Below are positions 44,447 to 54,421 of a stretch of 64,000 nt of DNA, in pieces. Under the pieces are notes generated by a model that was not told where the DNA came from, did no database searches, and was given only the letters and a program-made list of their open reading frames with translations. This DNA is from Desulfobacterales bacterium (lineage in GTDB: Bacteria; Desulfobacterota; Desulfobacteria; Desulfobacterales; JALSRD01), in NCBI GenBank assembly GCA_026984935.1, contig JALSRD010000019.1, positions 2,264 through 66,263 on the forward strand, read 5' to 3'. A program made the position numbers and the translations under genes. Positions within the stretch are counted from its first letter, which is position 1. Each line of letters opens with the position of its first letter.

Positions 44447-46075
44447 ATGCCCGTGCATATCGTCGAAACCCGCCAGCTGCGCTACCGCTATGCCAAAACG
44501 CAGGCCGGCTGGATCCTGGACGGGTTGAACGTGTACGTTCAGCCCGGGGAAACCGTGCTGCTGTGCGGTGCCAGCGGCAGCGGCAAATCCACCCTGCTGA
44601 GGACTTTCAACGGCCTGATTCCCCATTTTTACGGCGGCCGGCTGGAAGGTACCGTCCGTGTTGCCGGTTGCCTGACGGCCAGCCGGTCGGTGCCACAGCT
44701 CTTCGACAAGGTGGCCATGGTTTTCCAGAATCCGGACAGCCAGCTGTTTAACGCCACCGTCGAACACGAGATCGCCTTCGGCCTGGAGAGCCTGGGCCTG
44801 CCGCGCAACGAAATCCGGCGGCGGATCAGGCAGACCTGCCAAACGGTTAAGATCGCCCACCTGCTCGGGCAAAGCCCCCAGCAACTATCTGGTGGGGAAA
44901 AGCAACTGGTCGCCATCGCCGCCGTGCTGGCGCTCAAGCCGCGCCTGATCGTGCTGGACGAACCCTATGCCAACCTGGACCCTGCCGGTGTGCGCCGTAT
45001 TCGGCGCACACTGGCCGCCGTCCACCGGCAGTCCATCAGCGTACTGATCAGCGAACACCGCCTGGCTTGCTCTGTGCCGGATGCAGCGCGCATGCTGGTG
45101 CTGCATGCCGGCCGGGTCGTCCTGGAAGGGTCGCCACAACAGGTGCTGACCCGGCACCTGGAGGCTTTCGGACTGGAAAGCCCGCCGGCCGTCAAATTTT
45201 CCCGCCGGCTCGGCATCCGGCCGCCGGCACTGGATATAGCCGCGCTGGCCGAAGCCGCCGGTGCCGGCCTGCATCGCCTGGCGCCGGCGCTGCCGGCCGG
45301 TGTGCCGGCCGCAGCGATCGGCAAACCACTGCTCAGCGCCGCCGGCCTTTGCTTCGAATATCAGCGCCGGCCGGCGGTCAAACATGTCAGTTTCGTGCTC
45401 AACCGGGGAGAATGCCTGGCCGTTGTCGGCGCCAACGGCGCCGGCAAAACAACCCTGCTGAAACTGCTGAACGGGCTGCTGGCCCCCTCCAGGGGCCGCA
45501 TCCGGTTTCAGGGGCAGGATCTGGGCCGCATGAAGGCTTCCCAACGCGCCAGGCACATCGGCACGGCCTTCCAGAATCCGGACAGCCAGTTTTTCAAAAG
45601 CACGGTGCGCGAAGAAATTGAGGTCGCCCCGCGGGTGCTGGGATGCTACGATCCAACTTGGCTGCAGCACCTGGTCGACCGTTTTCAACTGGAAGCATTT
45701 GTCGACCACCCGCCCTACAGGCTCAGCGGCGGCGAAAAAAAACGGGTGGCCTTCGCCGCTGCGCTGGCCGCCCGACCGGAGATTCTGCTGGTCGACGAAC
45801 CCACCGCGGGCCAGGATGCCCGTTTCCGCCGGGCGCTGGGGAAGATGCTGGGAGAACTATGCGCCACCGGACGTGCGATCATCATGGTCACCCACGACCT
45901 GTCTTTCGCCGAGCAGTACGCGCATCGCTGGCTGGTGATGGCCCGCGGCGAGGCAATCGCCGCCGGGCCGGCACACCGGGTTATGGAAAACGCAGAGGTC
46001 ATGGCCCGGGCCGGGCTGGAAGCAACGGACGTCTTTCAACTCCGCCGCCTGGTGCAGGAACACGCCGGTGCTTGA
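44447..46075 (+). CDS. ECF transporter ATPase, fused duplicated ABC domains (EcfA1-EcfA2-like)
   Basis: Start at MPVHIVETRQL; the ORF-track start at 44081 would overlap thiW. Two Walker A motifs (GASGSGKST, GANGAGKTT) and two signature motifs (LSGGEKQ, LSGGEKKR). Confidence 0.85.
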   Translation: MPVHIVETRQLRYRYAKTQAGWILDGLNVYVQPGETVLLCGASGSGKSTLLRTFNGLIPHFYGGRLEGTVRVAGCLTASRSVPQLFDKVAMVFQNPDSQLFNATVEHEIAFGLESLGLPRNEIRRRIRQTCQTVKIAHLLGQSPQQLSGGEKQLVAIAAVLALKPRLIVLDEPYANLDPAGVRRIRRTLAAVHRQSISVLISEHRLACSVPDAARMLVLHAGRVVLEGSPQQVLTRHLEAFGLESPPAVKFSRRLGIRPPALDIAALAEAAGAGLHRLAPALPAGVPAAAIGKPLLSAAGLCFEYQRRPAVKHVSFVLNRGECLAVVGANGAGKTTLLKLLNGLLAPSRGRIRFQGQDLGRMKASQRARHIGTAFQNPDSQFFKSTVREEIEVAPRVLGCYDPTWLQHLVDRFQLEAFVDHPPYRLSGGEKKRVAFAAALAARPEILLVDEPTAGQDARFRRALGKMLGELCATGRAIIMVTHDLSFAEQYAHRWLVMARGEAIAAGPAHRVMENAEVMARAGLEATDVFQLRRLVQEHAGA

Positions 46076-46748
46076 TCCCCGCACACACCTGGTGCTGGCA
46101 ATCGTTGCGGGCATTTTTACTGCCGTTGTGCCGCGAATCACCGCCACAGCCGCTATCTGGCTGCTACTGCTTGTGGGGGTCGCCGCGTGCGGCCGGATAC
46201 GGGCCTACCTGCGCTGGCTCCGGCTGGCGGGCTCGATGGCGCTTTTTTTCGGCGCCGTCACCTGGTGGGCCGCCGACTTTGGCGCCGCCGCCTTGGCCGC
46301 CGTCAAGCTGGCGACACTGGCCACGGTGTTCTTTCTTTTCTTCGCCGTAACAGCGCCGGAGGATCTGGCCAATGCGCTGGTTAAAAGCGGCCTGCCATAC
46401 AGCGCCGCTTTTGTCTTTCGCACGGCGCTTCAGTTTGTGCCGATACTCGCCCGCAAAGCCGGCGATGTCCTCGATGCCCAGCGGGCGCGGGGTCTTCCCA
46501 TGGAACCGGGATGGTCGGCGCTGAGGCATTATCCGGCTTTTTTTCTGCCCCTTCTGGTGCAGATGTTTCAGCTGGCCGAGGAGCTGGCAGAAGCCATGGA
46601 AGCGCGCGGGTTCGGGCGGCCGGGGCGCACGTTTTTGAAAAACTACCGCCTCACCTGGCGGGACTGGCTGGCCATCGGCATCGGGCTGCTGGCATTGATC
46701 CTGTGGATCGGAATCACAGTCAACAACCGGCGGCTGCCCGGCCTCTGA
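46068..46748 (+). CDS. ecfT: ECF transporter transmembrane (T) component (EcfT/CbiQ family)
   Basis: GTG start overlapping the upstream stop. Membrane protein with RARG and EELAEAMEARGFG motifs. Confidence 0.8.
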   Translation: MLDPRTHLVLAIVAGIFTAVVPRITATAAIWLLLLVGVAACGRIRAYLRWLRLAGSMALFFGAVTWWAADFGAAALAAVKLATLATVFFLFFAVTAPEDLANALVKSGLPYSAAFVFRTALQFVPILARKAGDVLDAQRARGLPMEPGWSALRHYPAFFLPLLVQMFQLAEELAEAMEARGFGRPGRTFLKNYRLTWRDWLAIGIGLLALILWIGITVNNRRLPGL

Positions 46749-46773
46749 CCCGGCGGGTGCGCTCCCGCCGGCG

Positions 46774-46821
46774 GAAAACAACAAAAAGGGAGAAGCATCC
46801 TGCCATAGAGGATGTTCCTCC
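46774..46821 (-). terminator. Rho-independent terminator downstream of rpsI
   Basis: Minus-sense GGGAGGAACATCCT-CTATGGC-AGGATGCTTCTCCC (14-bp stem with one mismatch and one wobble pair) followed by TTTTTGTTGTTTT. Confidence 0.75.
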
Positions 46822-46856
46822 CTTTTACGCCCCTATCGTGCGACCGGCGGCGGAAA

Positions 46857-47252
46857 TTAACGCTTGGAGAACTGGAAGCGTGCGCGGGCGCCCTTCTGCC
46901 CGTACTTCTTGCGCTCCTTGACGCGCGGATCGCGCCGGATGAAGCCGGCTTTTTTGAGCACCGCCCGCAGGTCCGGCTGCGCCATGAGCAGTGCCCGCGT
47001 AATGCCGTGCCGGATGGCGCCGGCCTGTCCGGAATAACCGCCGCCTTTTACCTGCACCTTTACATCGTAAGCGTCCAGGTTGTTGGTCAACACCAGCGGC
47101 TGTTTCAACAGGGTTTTGGCGCTCTCTACATGGAAATAGCTGTCCAGCGCCCGGTTGTTCACCGTGATATTACCGGATCCCGGCATGAGCCAGGTTTTGG
47201 CGGTAACGCACTTGCGTCTGCCTGTCGCGTAAAAGATGTTTTCCTGATCCAT
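46857..47252 (-). CDS. rpsI: 30S ribosomal protein S9
   Basis: YATGRRK..A......G.G.I.VN.., [42 protein letters not shown]. Confidence 0.95.
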   Translation of the reverse strand: MDQENIFYATGRRKCVTAKTWLMPGSGNITVNNRALDSYFHVESAKTLLKQPLVLTNNLDAYDVKVQVKGGGYSGQAGAIRHGITRALLMAQPDLRAVLKKAGFIRRDPRVKERKKYGQKGARARFQFSKR

Positions 47253-47294
47253 TTTCCTTTAATCTGCCTTTTTGTCCATGTGCGTGCACATCAT

Positions 47295-47729
47295 TTACAG
47301 AACCAGTGTCTCCGGGTTCTGCGCCTCATGGGGGTGGGTGTCGCCGGCATAGACTTTCAATTTTTTAAAGAGCTTGCGGCCCAGCCGGTTTTTGGGGAGC
47401 ATCCCTTTGACGGCCAAGCGGATAATGTCCTCCGGCCTTTTCTCCAGCAGTTTCCCGGCCGTGATCTCCTTCAGGCCCCCGATATAGCCGCTGTGCCGGT
47501 AATAGACCTTCTGCTGCCATTTGCGGCCGGTGAGTTTGATTTTTTCGGCATTGATAACGACCACACTGTCACCTGTGTCCACGTGCGGTGTGTACATGGG
47601 ATTGTGTTTGCCCCGCAGCTGGGATGCGATGCGTGTGGCCAGCCGGCCCAACACCGCTCCTTTAGCATCGATGAGATACCATTTCCCCGGGTTGTCCGCA
47701 GCCTTTGCGCTGTATGTATATTTTTTCAC
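47295..47729 (-). CDS. rplM: 50S ribosomal protein L13
   Basis: [53 protein letters not shown]...K.YYRHSGY.GG. Confidence 0.95.
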   Translation of the reverse strand: MKKYTYSAKAADNPGKWYLIDAKGAVLGRLATRIASQLRGKHNPMYTPHVDTGDSVVVINAEKIKLTGRKWQQKVYYRHSGYIGGLKEITAGKLLEKRPEDIIRLAVKGMLPKNRLGRKLFKKLKVYAGDTHPHEAQNPETLVL

Positions 47730-47930
47730 GAACCCAAGCTCCTGTATGCTATTATCTCTTACTTAAAAAAGTGCCCTGCCGTAAACTCCCGCAGTGCGGT
47801 ATTCGAAAAACCTTGTACACGTAAATGAAATAACTGCTTGTGTCAAGAGAAAAATCATTTTAAAATGCAACATTGGCCGCTGCTATGTCGGCCGCAAAAA
47901 CACATGCTTACAGAGCCAGGGACGCCATCC

Positions 47931-48533
47931 ATGCAATATACTGAGATCGAAGTCAAGTTCGCCATCGACGATCCTGCTGCCATGCGCCGCAGAATTCTCG
48001 GCATCGGAGCGCAGTCAAAGGGAAAGGTCTTTGAGGCCAACGTCCGCTACGACGATCCGCAGGGGTCTTTGAGGCACAGCAAGTCGCTGCTGCGGCTGAG
48101 GCGCGATCGCAAGGTTACCCTGACCTACAAGGCACTGCCGGAGACCACCGACCCCCAGTTCAAGATTCTGAAGGAACTGGAAGTCACGGTGGACGATTTC
48201 AAAACCATGCATCTGATCCTCGAGGCTCTCGGCTTTCACAAAGTGCAGGTATATGAAAAATGGCGCGAAAGTTTCCGCTGCGAAAATGCGACGCTGTGCC
48301 TGGACACCATGCCATTTGGCACTTTCCTGGAGATCGAGGGCCCGCGCAAGGCCATCCGCTCTTTCGCCCGGCGCCTGGAACTGCCCTGGCCGTCGCGCAT
48401 TTTGTCAAATTATCTGGAGCTCTTCGCGGATCTGCAAAAAGAATACAACCTGCCCTTTAAGGACGTGACCTTTGCCAATTTCGAGCAGGCGGGGTTTCGC
48501 CCCGTCGACGGGCACGGCAAAAGCAGCGGTTGA
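47931..48533 (+). CDS. CYTH-domain protein (class IV adenylate cyclase / triphosphatase family)
   Basis: Start at MQYTEIEVKF (the ExExK motif), then ...LRLRRD.KVTLTYK......ELEV.V.D......L.ALGF......K.R.... Confidence 0.75.
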   Translation: MQYTEIEVKFAIDDPAAMRRRILGIGAQSKGKVFEANVRYDDPQGSLRHSKSLLRLRRDRKVTLTYKALPETTDPQFKILKELEVTVDDFKTMHLILEALGFHKVQVYEKWRESFRCENATLCLDTMPFGTFLEIEGPRKAIRSFARRLELPWPSRILSNYLELFADLQKEYNLPFKDVTFANFEQAGFRPVDGHGKSSG

Positions 48534-48547
48534 TGCCGGTACGCGGT

Positions 48548-48922
48548 CTATTTTGCGCTTTTTGCCATCCTGCGGCGGGATCGGGTCTCAGCAGCCGCCG
48601 GTTTGCAGCTGATCTGGGCATTCATCCGCGCCCCGGCTTCCACCGTCAGATTGGGACAGGTCACTTTGCCGTGGCAGGCGCCCGTGGCCAGAACCGTCAC
48701 CTCCCGGCGGGCCTGAACGGCTCCCTCGTACCGGCCGCCGATGGTCACGGTATCGGCCTGCACATCGGCGAAAACCTCCCCGCCCCGGGCGATCGTCAGA
48801 ATTTCGCCCGACAACGTGCCCTTGACCGTCCCTTTGACGATCATCTCCCCTTTGCCCGAAAGCTGGCCCTCAACCGTCAGGCCTTCATCGATAATGGTGA
48901 TGTTTCCCGCTGTTTTGCTCAA
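48548..48922 (-). CDS. Bactofilin (polymer-forming cytoskeletal protein, DUF583)
   Basis: Beta-helical repeat pattern: ITIIDEGLTVEGQLSGKGEMIVKGTVKGTLSGEILTIARGGEVFADVQADTVTIGGRYEGAVQARREVTVLATGACHGKVTCPNLTVEAGARMNAQI. The TTG start at 48922 (GGGGAG 9 nt upstream) is inferred. The ATG offered by the ORF track, at 49150, lies deep inside the upstream gene. Confidence 0.7.
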   Translation of the reverse strand: MSKTAGNITIIDEGLTVEGQLSGKGEMIVKGTVKGTLSGEILTIARGGEVFADVQADTVTIGGRYEGAVQARREVTVLATGACHGKVTCPNLTVEAGARMNAQISCKPAAAETRSRRRMAKSAK

Positions 48923-50012
48923 AATACGCCACTCCCCTGCAGGCAGCTTCCGGGTACGCAGCCGCCGGCGGCCTTGACCAAGCACAGGTGCCGGCGGCCG
49001 GGCGGACCCGGTGCAGGCCCTCACGGGCCAGTTTGACCAGCGGATCGTCCGCTTTGACGGAATCTTTTCCGGCCCGCCGCAAGAAACGATCCTCCAGAAC
49101 CCGAAAGTCCGCACCGTTTTGGGCAACATACATCCGTCGCCGGCCGACACGTCGGTTTTTGCCGTTCATCGTTAAATACTGCACAAACTCAATCACATAG
49201 TCCATGCCATAGTGATAAATGGCCGGCGCTTCGAAAGACGTATAAAAGGAAACGCCGGCGGCCACCAGACGTTTGTCGAGCGCCTCCCAGGCCGGCAGCC
49301 AGTTCAGGCCGGATGCACAGGCCCTGTCGTAGAGTTCCCGGAACCTGCCGGCAGGGCTGCAGGTCAACGCGGTGTTCCAGTATTCCAGGAAGGTGAGCAA
49401 CATCCGGGCCTGACGATTCCGCATTAGTGCCGGGCCGTAGTGGATGCGTTTGACGATCACCAGCGGCGTACGTCCCAGAACGATGTATTCGGCCAGACGG
49501 TCAATATCCGCGTTGGCCAGCACGATGCATCCATTTGAATTGCGTTTCTTCAGTGGCCGGTTTGTCCCGTGCAGCCAGATGGAATAGCCTCCGCGGCCTG
49601 CGCGGCGGTCGAAACAGTTGGGGTAATCCAGGGGGAAAGCGCGGGTCCCGTACCTGGCGGCAAGGACCGCCGCCTTGAAATGGTGCGTAAAGAAATAAAC
49701 ACCCTCGGGTGTTTTGCGATCGCCTGAGACGCGTTTCCGTCCACGATTCTCGCCGGTGGAGCATGGCAGGCGCAACAGCCGCGTCACCTTCGCAGCGCTG
49801 CGCCACAGCGACAGCTGCTGAAGGTCCTTTTCCACCACGATCACGTAAGTGGGCTTGTCCGCCAAACCCGCTGTCAACAGAAAATCCGGCTGCAGCTCGG
49901 CGGCGCATGGCGCTGCCGCCGGCGCAAGACCCAGGAGCAGGCCCACCAGGACGTACCATATCCGTCGCATCCGGAGTAGCCGGCGGGATGTTGTGAGTCG
50001 TACAGGCATCAT
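48885..50012 (-). CDS. L,D-transpeptidase (YkuD domain) with signal peptide
   Basis: Signal-like N-terminus (RRIWYVLVGLLLGLAPAAAPCAAE) and the YkuD catalytic region IWLHGTNRPLKKRNSNGCIVLANADIDRL. Confidence 0.8.
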   Translation of the reverse strand: MMPVRLTTSRRLLRMRRIWYVLVGLLLGLAPAAAPCAAELQPDFLLTAGLADKPTYVIVVEKDLQQLSLWRSAAKVTRLLRLPCSTGENRGRKRVSGDRKTPEGVYFFTHHFKAAVLAARYGTRAFPLDYPNCFDRRAGRGGYSIWLHGTNRPLKKRNSNGCIVLANADIDRLAEYIVLGRTPLVIVKRIHYGPALMRNRQARMLLTFLEYWNTALTCSPAGRFRELYDRACASGLNWLPAWEALDKRLVAAGVSFYTSFEAPAIYHYGMDYVIEFVQYLTMNGKNRRVGRRRMYVAQNGADFRVLEDRFLRRAGKDSVKADDPLVKLAREGLHRVRPAAGTCAWSRPPAAAYPEAACRGVAYFEQNSGKHHHYR

Positions 50013-50015
50013 TTT

Positions 50016-50843
50016 TCAAACATCTTCGTCTGGCGGACCGCGCCGGGCAGTTTTGACGACCACGGGATCCCCGCTGCGCCCGCCCAGCAGTTCACGCGCG
50101 CTGCCGCCGTTAACAGCGATCTCAAGAAAGCCCCGGCTGCCGATAACGGCCACCGGCCGCCCCGCCGGCACGCTGGCGTAGTTCGGCGCCAAACCGCTGA
50201 TATGCCGTGCCCCGATATGGATATCAAGTTTATGCCGGGCGCCGGCATCGGTCATACGCTGCAGGTCGGCGCTTTCGATATTGGTCAGGATGTTGCCGAA
50301 GCGGTCAAAGCCCATGATGATCCCGCGGAGTTCACCGCGAACGACGGCCGCCCGCGGAATCTCCAGCTGCTGCATGTCCCCGGCTTTCAGCGGCGGACCC
50401 AGTTCTGTAATATCCAGCCCGGCGGACAAGCGGCCGGCCAGAGGTGCGAAAATATCCCGGCCGTGAAAGGTGGCGCTGACGCGCGGTAGAAAAAACGACT
50501 CCCGCTCCACGCGCACCATGCGGCGTATGCCCGCCTTTTGCGCCACCAGCGAAAGCAAGCCGTTATCCGGCGCCAGAAACGTCCAGTCGCCGGCCTCGGC
50601 CGCCAGAATCGCCCGTCCGCCGCCCACTCCGGGATCCACCACGGCCACGTGGACCGTACCCTTCGGAAAGTACATGTAGCTGGCACCGAGGGTCAAAGCG
50701 GCCTGCAAAATGTCCCGGGGCGCAATGCGGTGGCTGATGTCGACAATTCTGGCGAACGGGTCGGTCGAAAGGATCACACCTTTCATGACACCCGCATATT
50801 CGCTCTCCGTGCCGAAGTCGGTCAGCAGCGTTACAACAGCCAT
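50016..50843 (-). CDS. S-adenosyl-L-methionine hydroxide adenosyltransferase family protein (DUF62)
   Basis: Start at MAVVTLLTDFGTESEYAGVMKGVILS, then VDISH.I...DI..AA..L, VHVAVVDPGVG. Confidence 0.8.
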   Translation of the reverse strand: MAVVTLLTDFGTESEYAGVMKGVILSTDPFARIVDISHRIAPRDILQAALTLGASYMYFPKGTVHVAVVDPGVGGGRAILAAEAGDWTFLAPDNGLLSLVAQKAGIRRMVRVERESFFLPRVSATFHGRDIFAPLAGRLSAGLDITELGPPLKAGDMQQLEIPRAAVVRGELRGIIMGFDRFGNILTNIESADLQRMTDAGARHKLDIHIGARHISGLAPNYASVPAGRPVAVIGSRGFLEIAVNGGSARELLGGRSGDPVVVKTARRGPPDEDV

Positions 50844-50890
50844 GGCGGATTCGTAATAGTCGATGCGCTTGGGATGGCGGGCCAAAACCT

Positions 50891-52024
50891 TCAGAAAAGG
50901 CCCGCCTGGCGCGGCATCTTCAGGTGCCGGTAAGCGGCCGCACTGGCCTTGCGGCCCGCAGACGTCCTGAGAACAAAGCCGGTTTTGAGCAGGTAGGGTT
51001 CAACCACGTCGACCAGCGTGTCGCTCTCTTCCTGCAAAGTTGCCGAAATGGCCTCGATGCCCACCGGGCCTCCGTTGTAAAACTCGATAATGGTTTTCAG
51101 GTAGCGCCGGTCGAGATCGGTCAGGCCCTTCCCGTCGACGCCCTCGAGCGTCAGCGCGGCATCGACCACTTTCCTGTCGATGCACCCGTCACCTTTCACT
51201 TCGGCGTAATCCCGCACCCTTTTCAACAACCGGTTGATGATCCGCGGCGTGCCCCTTGAACGGCGCGAAAGCTCCCGTGCGCCGCCGTCATCCATGCGCA
51301 CCCCCAGCAAGGATGCCGAGCGTTTGGCGATTTTGACCAGATCGTTCTCGCTGTAAAAATCCAGACTCCTGAAAATCCCGAAACGGTCCCGCAGCGGTGC
51401 CGACAGCAGGCCCACACGGGTGGTGGCCCCCACCAGTGAAAAGCGCTGCAGGTTGAACCGATGGCTGCGGGCGTGAATTCCCTTGTCGAAGACAAAGTCC
51501 ACGGCGAAGTCCTCCATGGCCGGATACAAAAACTCTTCGACGGTCTTGGGGGTGCGATGGATTTCATCCACAAAAAGGACGTCGCCTTCGCCCAGGTGCG
51601 TCAAAATGCCGATCAGGTCCCCGCCTTTTTCCAGCGCCGGACCCGACGTAACCGTCAGGCTGCTTTGCATTTCATTGGCAATAATATGGGCCAGGGTCGT
51701 TTTGCCGAGCCCCGGCGGTCCGTGGAACAGAATGTGATCCAACGGCTCCCGGCGCTGTTTGGCGGCCTGAATGGCGATCTTCAGGGTTTCAACGACCTCC
51801 GCCTGCCCGATATACTCTTTGAGCAGCTCGGGCCGCAGCGAAAGCAGTTCCGGCTCCTGATCCTCGGGAAGCCCGACTTTGGCGAGAACCCCCTGTTTTT
51901 CGGGTCCAGGCGTCAGCATGTTCAAGGTCCGTCCATCCCTTCGCGCATGCGCTTCCGATGTGCCGGGTTTGCCAACTGCGGTAGCTGGCATGGGGTTTCC
52001 ACTTACCGCCTTTGTATTCCGCAT
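50891..52024 (-). CDS. ruvB: Holliday junction helicase RuvB
   Basis: [41 protein letters not shown], and [15 protein letters not shown]. The start is uncertain: the ATG at 52024 lies 6 nt after ruvA, while the ATG at 51919 gives the usual length. Confidence 0.9.
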   Translation of the reverse strand: MRNTKAVSGNPMPATAVGKPGTSEAHARRDGRTLNMLTPGPEKQGVLAKVGLPEDQEPELLSLRPELLKEYIGQAEVVETLKIAIQAAKQRREPLDHILFHGPPGLGKTTLAHIIANEMQSSLTVTSGPALEKGGDLIGILTHLGEGDVLFVDEIHRTPKTVEEFLYPAMEDFAVDFVFDKGIHARSHRFNLQRFSLVGATTRVGLLSAPLRDRFGIFRSLDFYSENDLVKIAKRSASLLGVRMDDGGARELSRRSRGTPRIINRLLKRVRDYAEVKGDGCIDRKVVDAALTLEGVDGKGLTDLDRRYLKTIIEFYNGGPVGIEAISATLQEESDTLVDVVEPYLLKTGFVLRTSAGRKASAAAYRHLKMPRQAGLF

Positions 52025-52030
52025 CCGGGC

Positions 52031-52639
52031 TTACTCTCCCCGGAAAACCTCGTCCAACAGCATCTCGGGTGTCGATATATCCGGCCTGCGCGTCAGTGCC
52101 GCGGCAATCATTTTGCGGGCCTCCCCCCGGTGGTAGCCCAGCTGATCGACCAGTACCGCGAAGACCGCATCGTTGAGTTTTTCCGTTTCAGGGTTTCTTT
52201 CCGGAGCTGCCTGCGGGCCGTCGGAAAACATGTCCATCTTCCCGCGCAGGGCGGCAATAATCTTTTGCGCCGTCCGCTCGCCAATCCCCTTCAACCGCTT
52301 GAGTTTGGCGATATTTCGGGATTCGATGGCTTCGGCAATCTCGCCCAAAGGCAGGGTGAGCGCTTTGACGGCCTTCAGTGCGCCGATGGCCTCCACACTG
52401 ATGAACCGCACAAAAAAGGCCTTTTCGATTTCACTGTTAAACCCTATCAGTACCGGCTTGGGCTGTCGTTCAGTCTGCTGGTAATAAATGTACAGCGCAA
52501 CCTTCTCGCCAACGGCCCGGTCACGCAGGGTGTCGGCCACAAAGGCCGGCAGCAGCACCTCGTAACCGATCTGGTTGGCCAGCACGAGGATGCGCTCCGG
52601 CTCTTTTTTCAAAAGCCTGCCTTCGATGTAGCCAATCAT
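52031..52639 (-). CDS. ruvA: Holliday junction DNA-binding protein RuvA
   Basis: MIGYIEGRLL.K.P..I.V.AN.IGYEV..P, and the helix-hairpin-helix segment LKRLKGIGERTAQKII. Confidence 0.9.
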   Translation of the reverse strand: MIGYIEGRLLKKEPERILVLANQIGYEVLLPAFVADTLRDRAVGEKVALYIYYQQTERQPKPVLIGFNSEIEKAFFVRFISVEAIGALKAVKALTLPLGEIAEAIESRNIAKLKRLKGIGERTAQKIIAALRGKMDMFSDGPQAAPERNPETEKLNDAVFAVLVDQLGYHRGEARKMIAAALTRRPDISTPEMLLDEVFRGE

Positions 52640-52669
52640 AGAGTCCGATCACCGCCTGCAGCGGGTCTG

Positions 52670-53197
52670 TCAGCGGAGTTTCAGGGATCCACGCGCGCCG
52701 GCGGCCGGTATGGCACCGGTCGGGCCGCTGCGAAACAGGGCGACCAGAGCCAGTCCCAGCGCATCGGAGGCATGATCAGGGCGGATGGGCCGGTCGTGGC
52801 TGAGCAGGCTGCGGACCGCCTTTTCCAGCTGCTGCTTGCCGGCATTGCCGTTGCCGGTCAGTATCTGTTTGGCTTCGCGGGCTGGAATTTCGAAAACCGG
52901 CAGCTGCGCCTGCTGGCCCGCCAGAAGAATCACACCGCTGACCTTTCCCAAGGTTATGCCCGATTTCGGATACTTGTCCAGTGAAAATACGTCTTCGACC
53001 ACCATCACGTCCGGCGTTTCACTTCGCAGCACCTCGGTAAGCCGGTCATAAATCCGCATGAGGCGCCGGGGCAGGGGGTCATTCTTCGACGTCCGGATGC
53101 TGCCGTATGAAAAAGACGCAACTTTCATGCCACGTCCCGTGACCACACCGATCCCCGTGGCGGCAAGCCCCGGATCTATCCCCACAATCGTAACCAT
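52670..53197 (-). CDS. ruvC: Holliday junction resolvase RuvC
   Basis: Start at MVTIVGIDPGLAATGIGVV, then VVEDVF and DASDALGLAL. Confidence 0.9.
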   Translation of the reverse strand: MVTIVGIDPGLAATGIGVVTGRGMKVASFSYGSIRTSKNDPLPRRLMRIYDRLTEVLRSETPDVMVVEDVFSLDKYPKSGITLGKVSGVILLAGQQAQLPVFEIPAREAKQILTGNGNAGKQQLEKAVRSLLSHDRPIRPDHASDALGLALVALFRSGPTGAIPAAGARGSLKLR

Positions 53198-53289
53198 CGA
53201 ATCCTCAAAAGCCTGGCGCCGGGAAATCAGTATCCACGGCAACGGCCGCCGGCATGCACACCGGCAAAGCCCTGTCAAAGCAAGCCGCG

Positions 53290-54135
53290 CTAAAATTCCT
53301 TTAACTTTTTTTTGGCGATCTGGGCTTCCCTGGTATGCGGGTACTTGGAGGTGAGTTCTTTTAAAATCAGACGGGCATTGGCTTTGTCGCCGATGTTGAA
53401 GAAAGCGAGCCCCTGCTTCAACAGAGAGGCCGGCACCTTGTTTCCGTGAGGATACTTCTCAATAACCTTTTGGTATTCCAGGATCGCCTTTTCGTACCAC
53501 TTCTGGCGATAGTAGGTTTCGCCGATCCAGAACTGGGCATTGTCGGCATTTCTGGATTTTGGGTAACGTTTAACCAGCTGGGCGAATTCACTGCGCGCGC
53601 GCGCATATTGGCCGGCATCAAAAGCCTGTTTGGCCGCGAGGTAAAGTGCATTTTCGGATTTCGGCTTGGCAGGTGGGGGAGCGGGCTTCCGGGCGACGCC
53701 GCTCTTTACCGCCACCTCCAGATTCAGGTATTGCTCGATCTGGCGGACGCGGCCATCCAGCTTGCCCAGCATCTCCTCGATATGCTTGATCTGCGCAGCA
53801 TCCTTTTCACTGGCGGCCACGGCAACGGCCGATTTCTTGTGCAGCTGATACTCGACTTCATCTATCCGCCCCCCCAGGAGCCGGATGTCCTGCTGCACCT
53901 TGTCCAGTGTGGCAAACAACACCGCCGCGTTGTCCCGCAGTTTCTGGGCGGCAGCCCCTTCGTTTTTGCCGAAATTCCGGATTTCGCTGGCCAGCCGCCG
54001 GCTGTTTTTCTGCTGCTCCAGCACCTGTTGCTCCACAGCGGTGAGCCGTTGATCCACATCGTAAAAATCCGACTGCATGGCACAGCCCGAAAACACCAAC
54101 AGCGTCAGCAACAGGACAAACAGATTGAATTTCAT
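53290..54135 (-). CDS. cpoB: Tol-Pal system protein CpoB/YbgF (coiled coil + TPR)
   Basis: Lipoprotein-like signal (LLLTLLVFSGC), a coiled-coil region, and the C-terminal YbgF TPR pattern (Y..A......G.Y..A...F..L...YP.S..A.NAQFWIGE.YY....Y..A...Y..V...YP...K.P.SLLK.G). Confidence 0.85.
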   Translation of the reverse strand: MKFNLFVLLLTLLVFSGCAMQSDFYDVDQRLTAVEQQVLEQQKNSRRLASEIRNFGKNEGAAAQKLRDNAAVLFATLDKVQQDIRLLGGRIDEVEYQLHKKSAVAVAASEKDAAQIKHIEEMLGKLDGRVRQIEQYLNLEVAVKSGVARKPAPPPAKPKSENALYLAAKQAFDAGQYARARSEFAQLVKRYPKSRNADNAQFWIGETYYRQKWYEKAILEYQKVIEKYPHGNKVPASLLKQGLAFFNIGDKANARLILKELTSKYPHTREAQIAKKKLKEF

Positions 54136-54421
54136 TTCAAGCATCCAGGAGGTTGTCGGAACGCCCAGGGACAAATTCCGCCGTTTCGACGCGCTTTCAA
54201 CACCAAATGATAAAACGGGCGCGGCTTCTGCAGCGCCGGTTGGAATGCCTTCAAAGTGCAGCGGGACCGGACCGTTTCACGGTCTCCCATGTAGGCCTTC
54301 CGGCCGATGGCTGCCGCTGGCCGTTCTCCCCGCAACGGGCAAATCGTCCGCACTGCTGAGGGCGGCGCGCGGCAAGCCCGACCAGAAACCGTTTACGATC
54401 CGTATGCGGCGATTCGGCGCG

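Noticed and set aside
49129-49150. ATG starts for the bactofilin ORF (200-aa version)
   Set aside because: The extra 76 residues would be encoded entirely within the L,D-transpeptidase gene in another frame, and they look antisense or shadow-like. The bactofilin repeat region begins right after the TTG at 48922.
51461-52984. 507-aa plus-strand ORF spanning the ruvB/ruvA region
   Set aside because: It is antisense to clearly recognisable ruvB and ruvA. Its translation is Arg/Gly/Pro/Gln-rich and low in complexity, as expected for the opposite strand of GC-rich genes.
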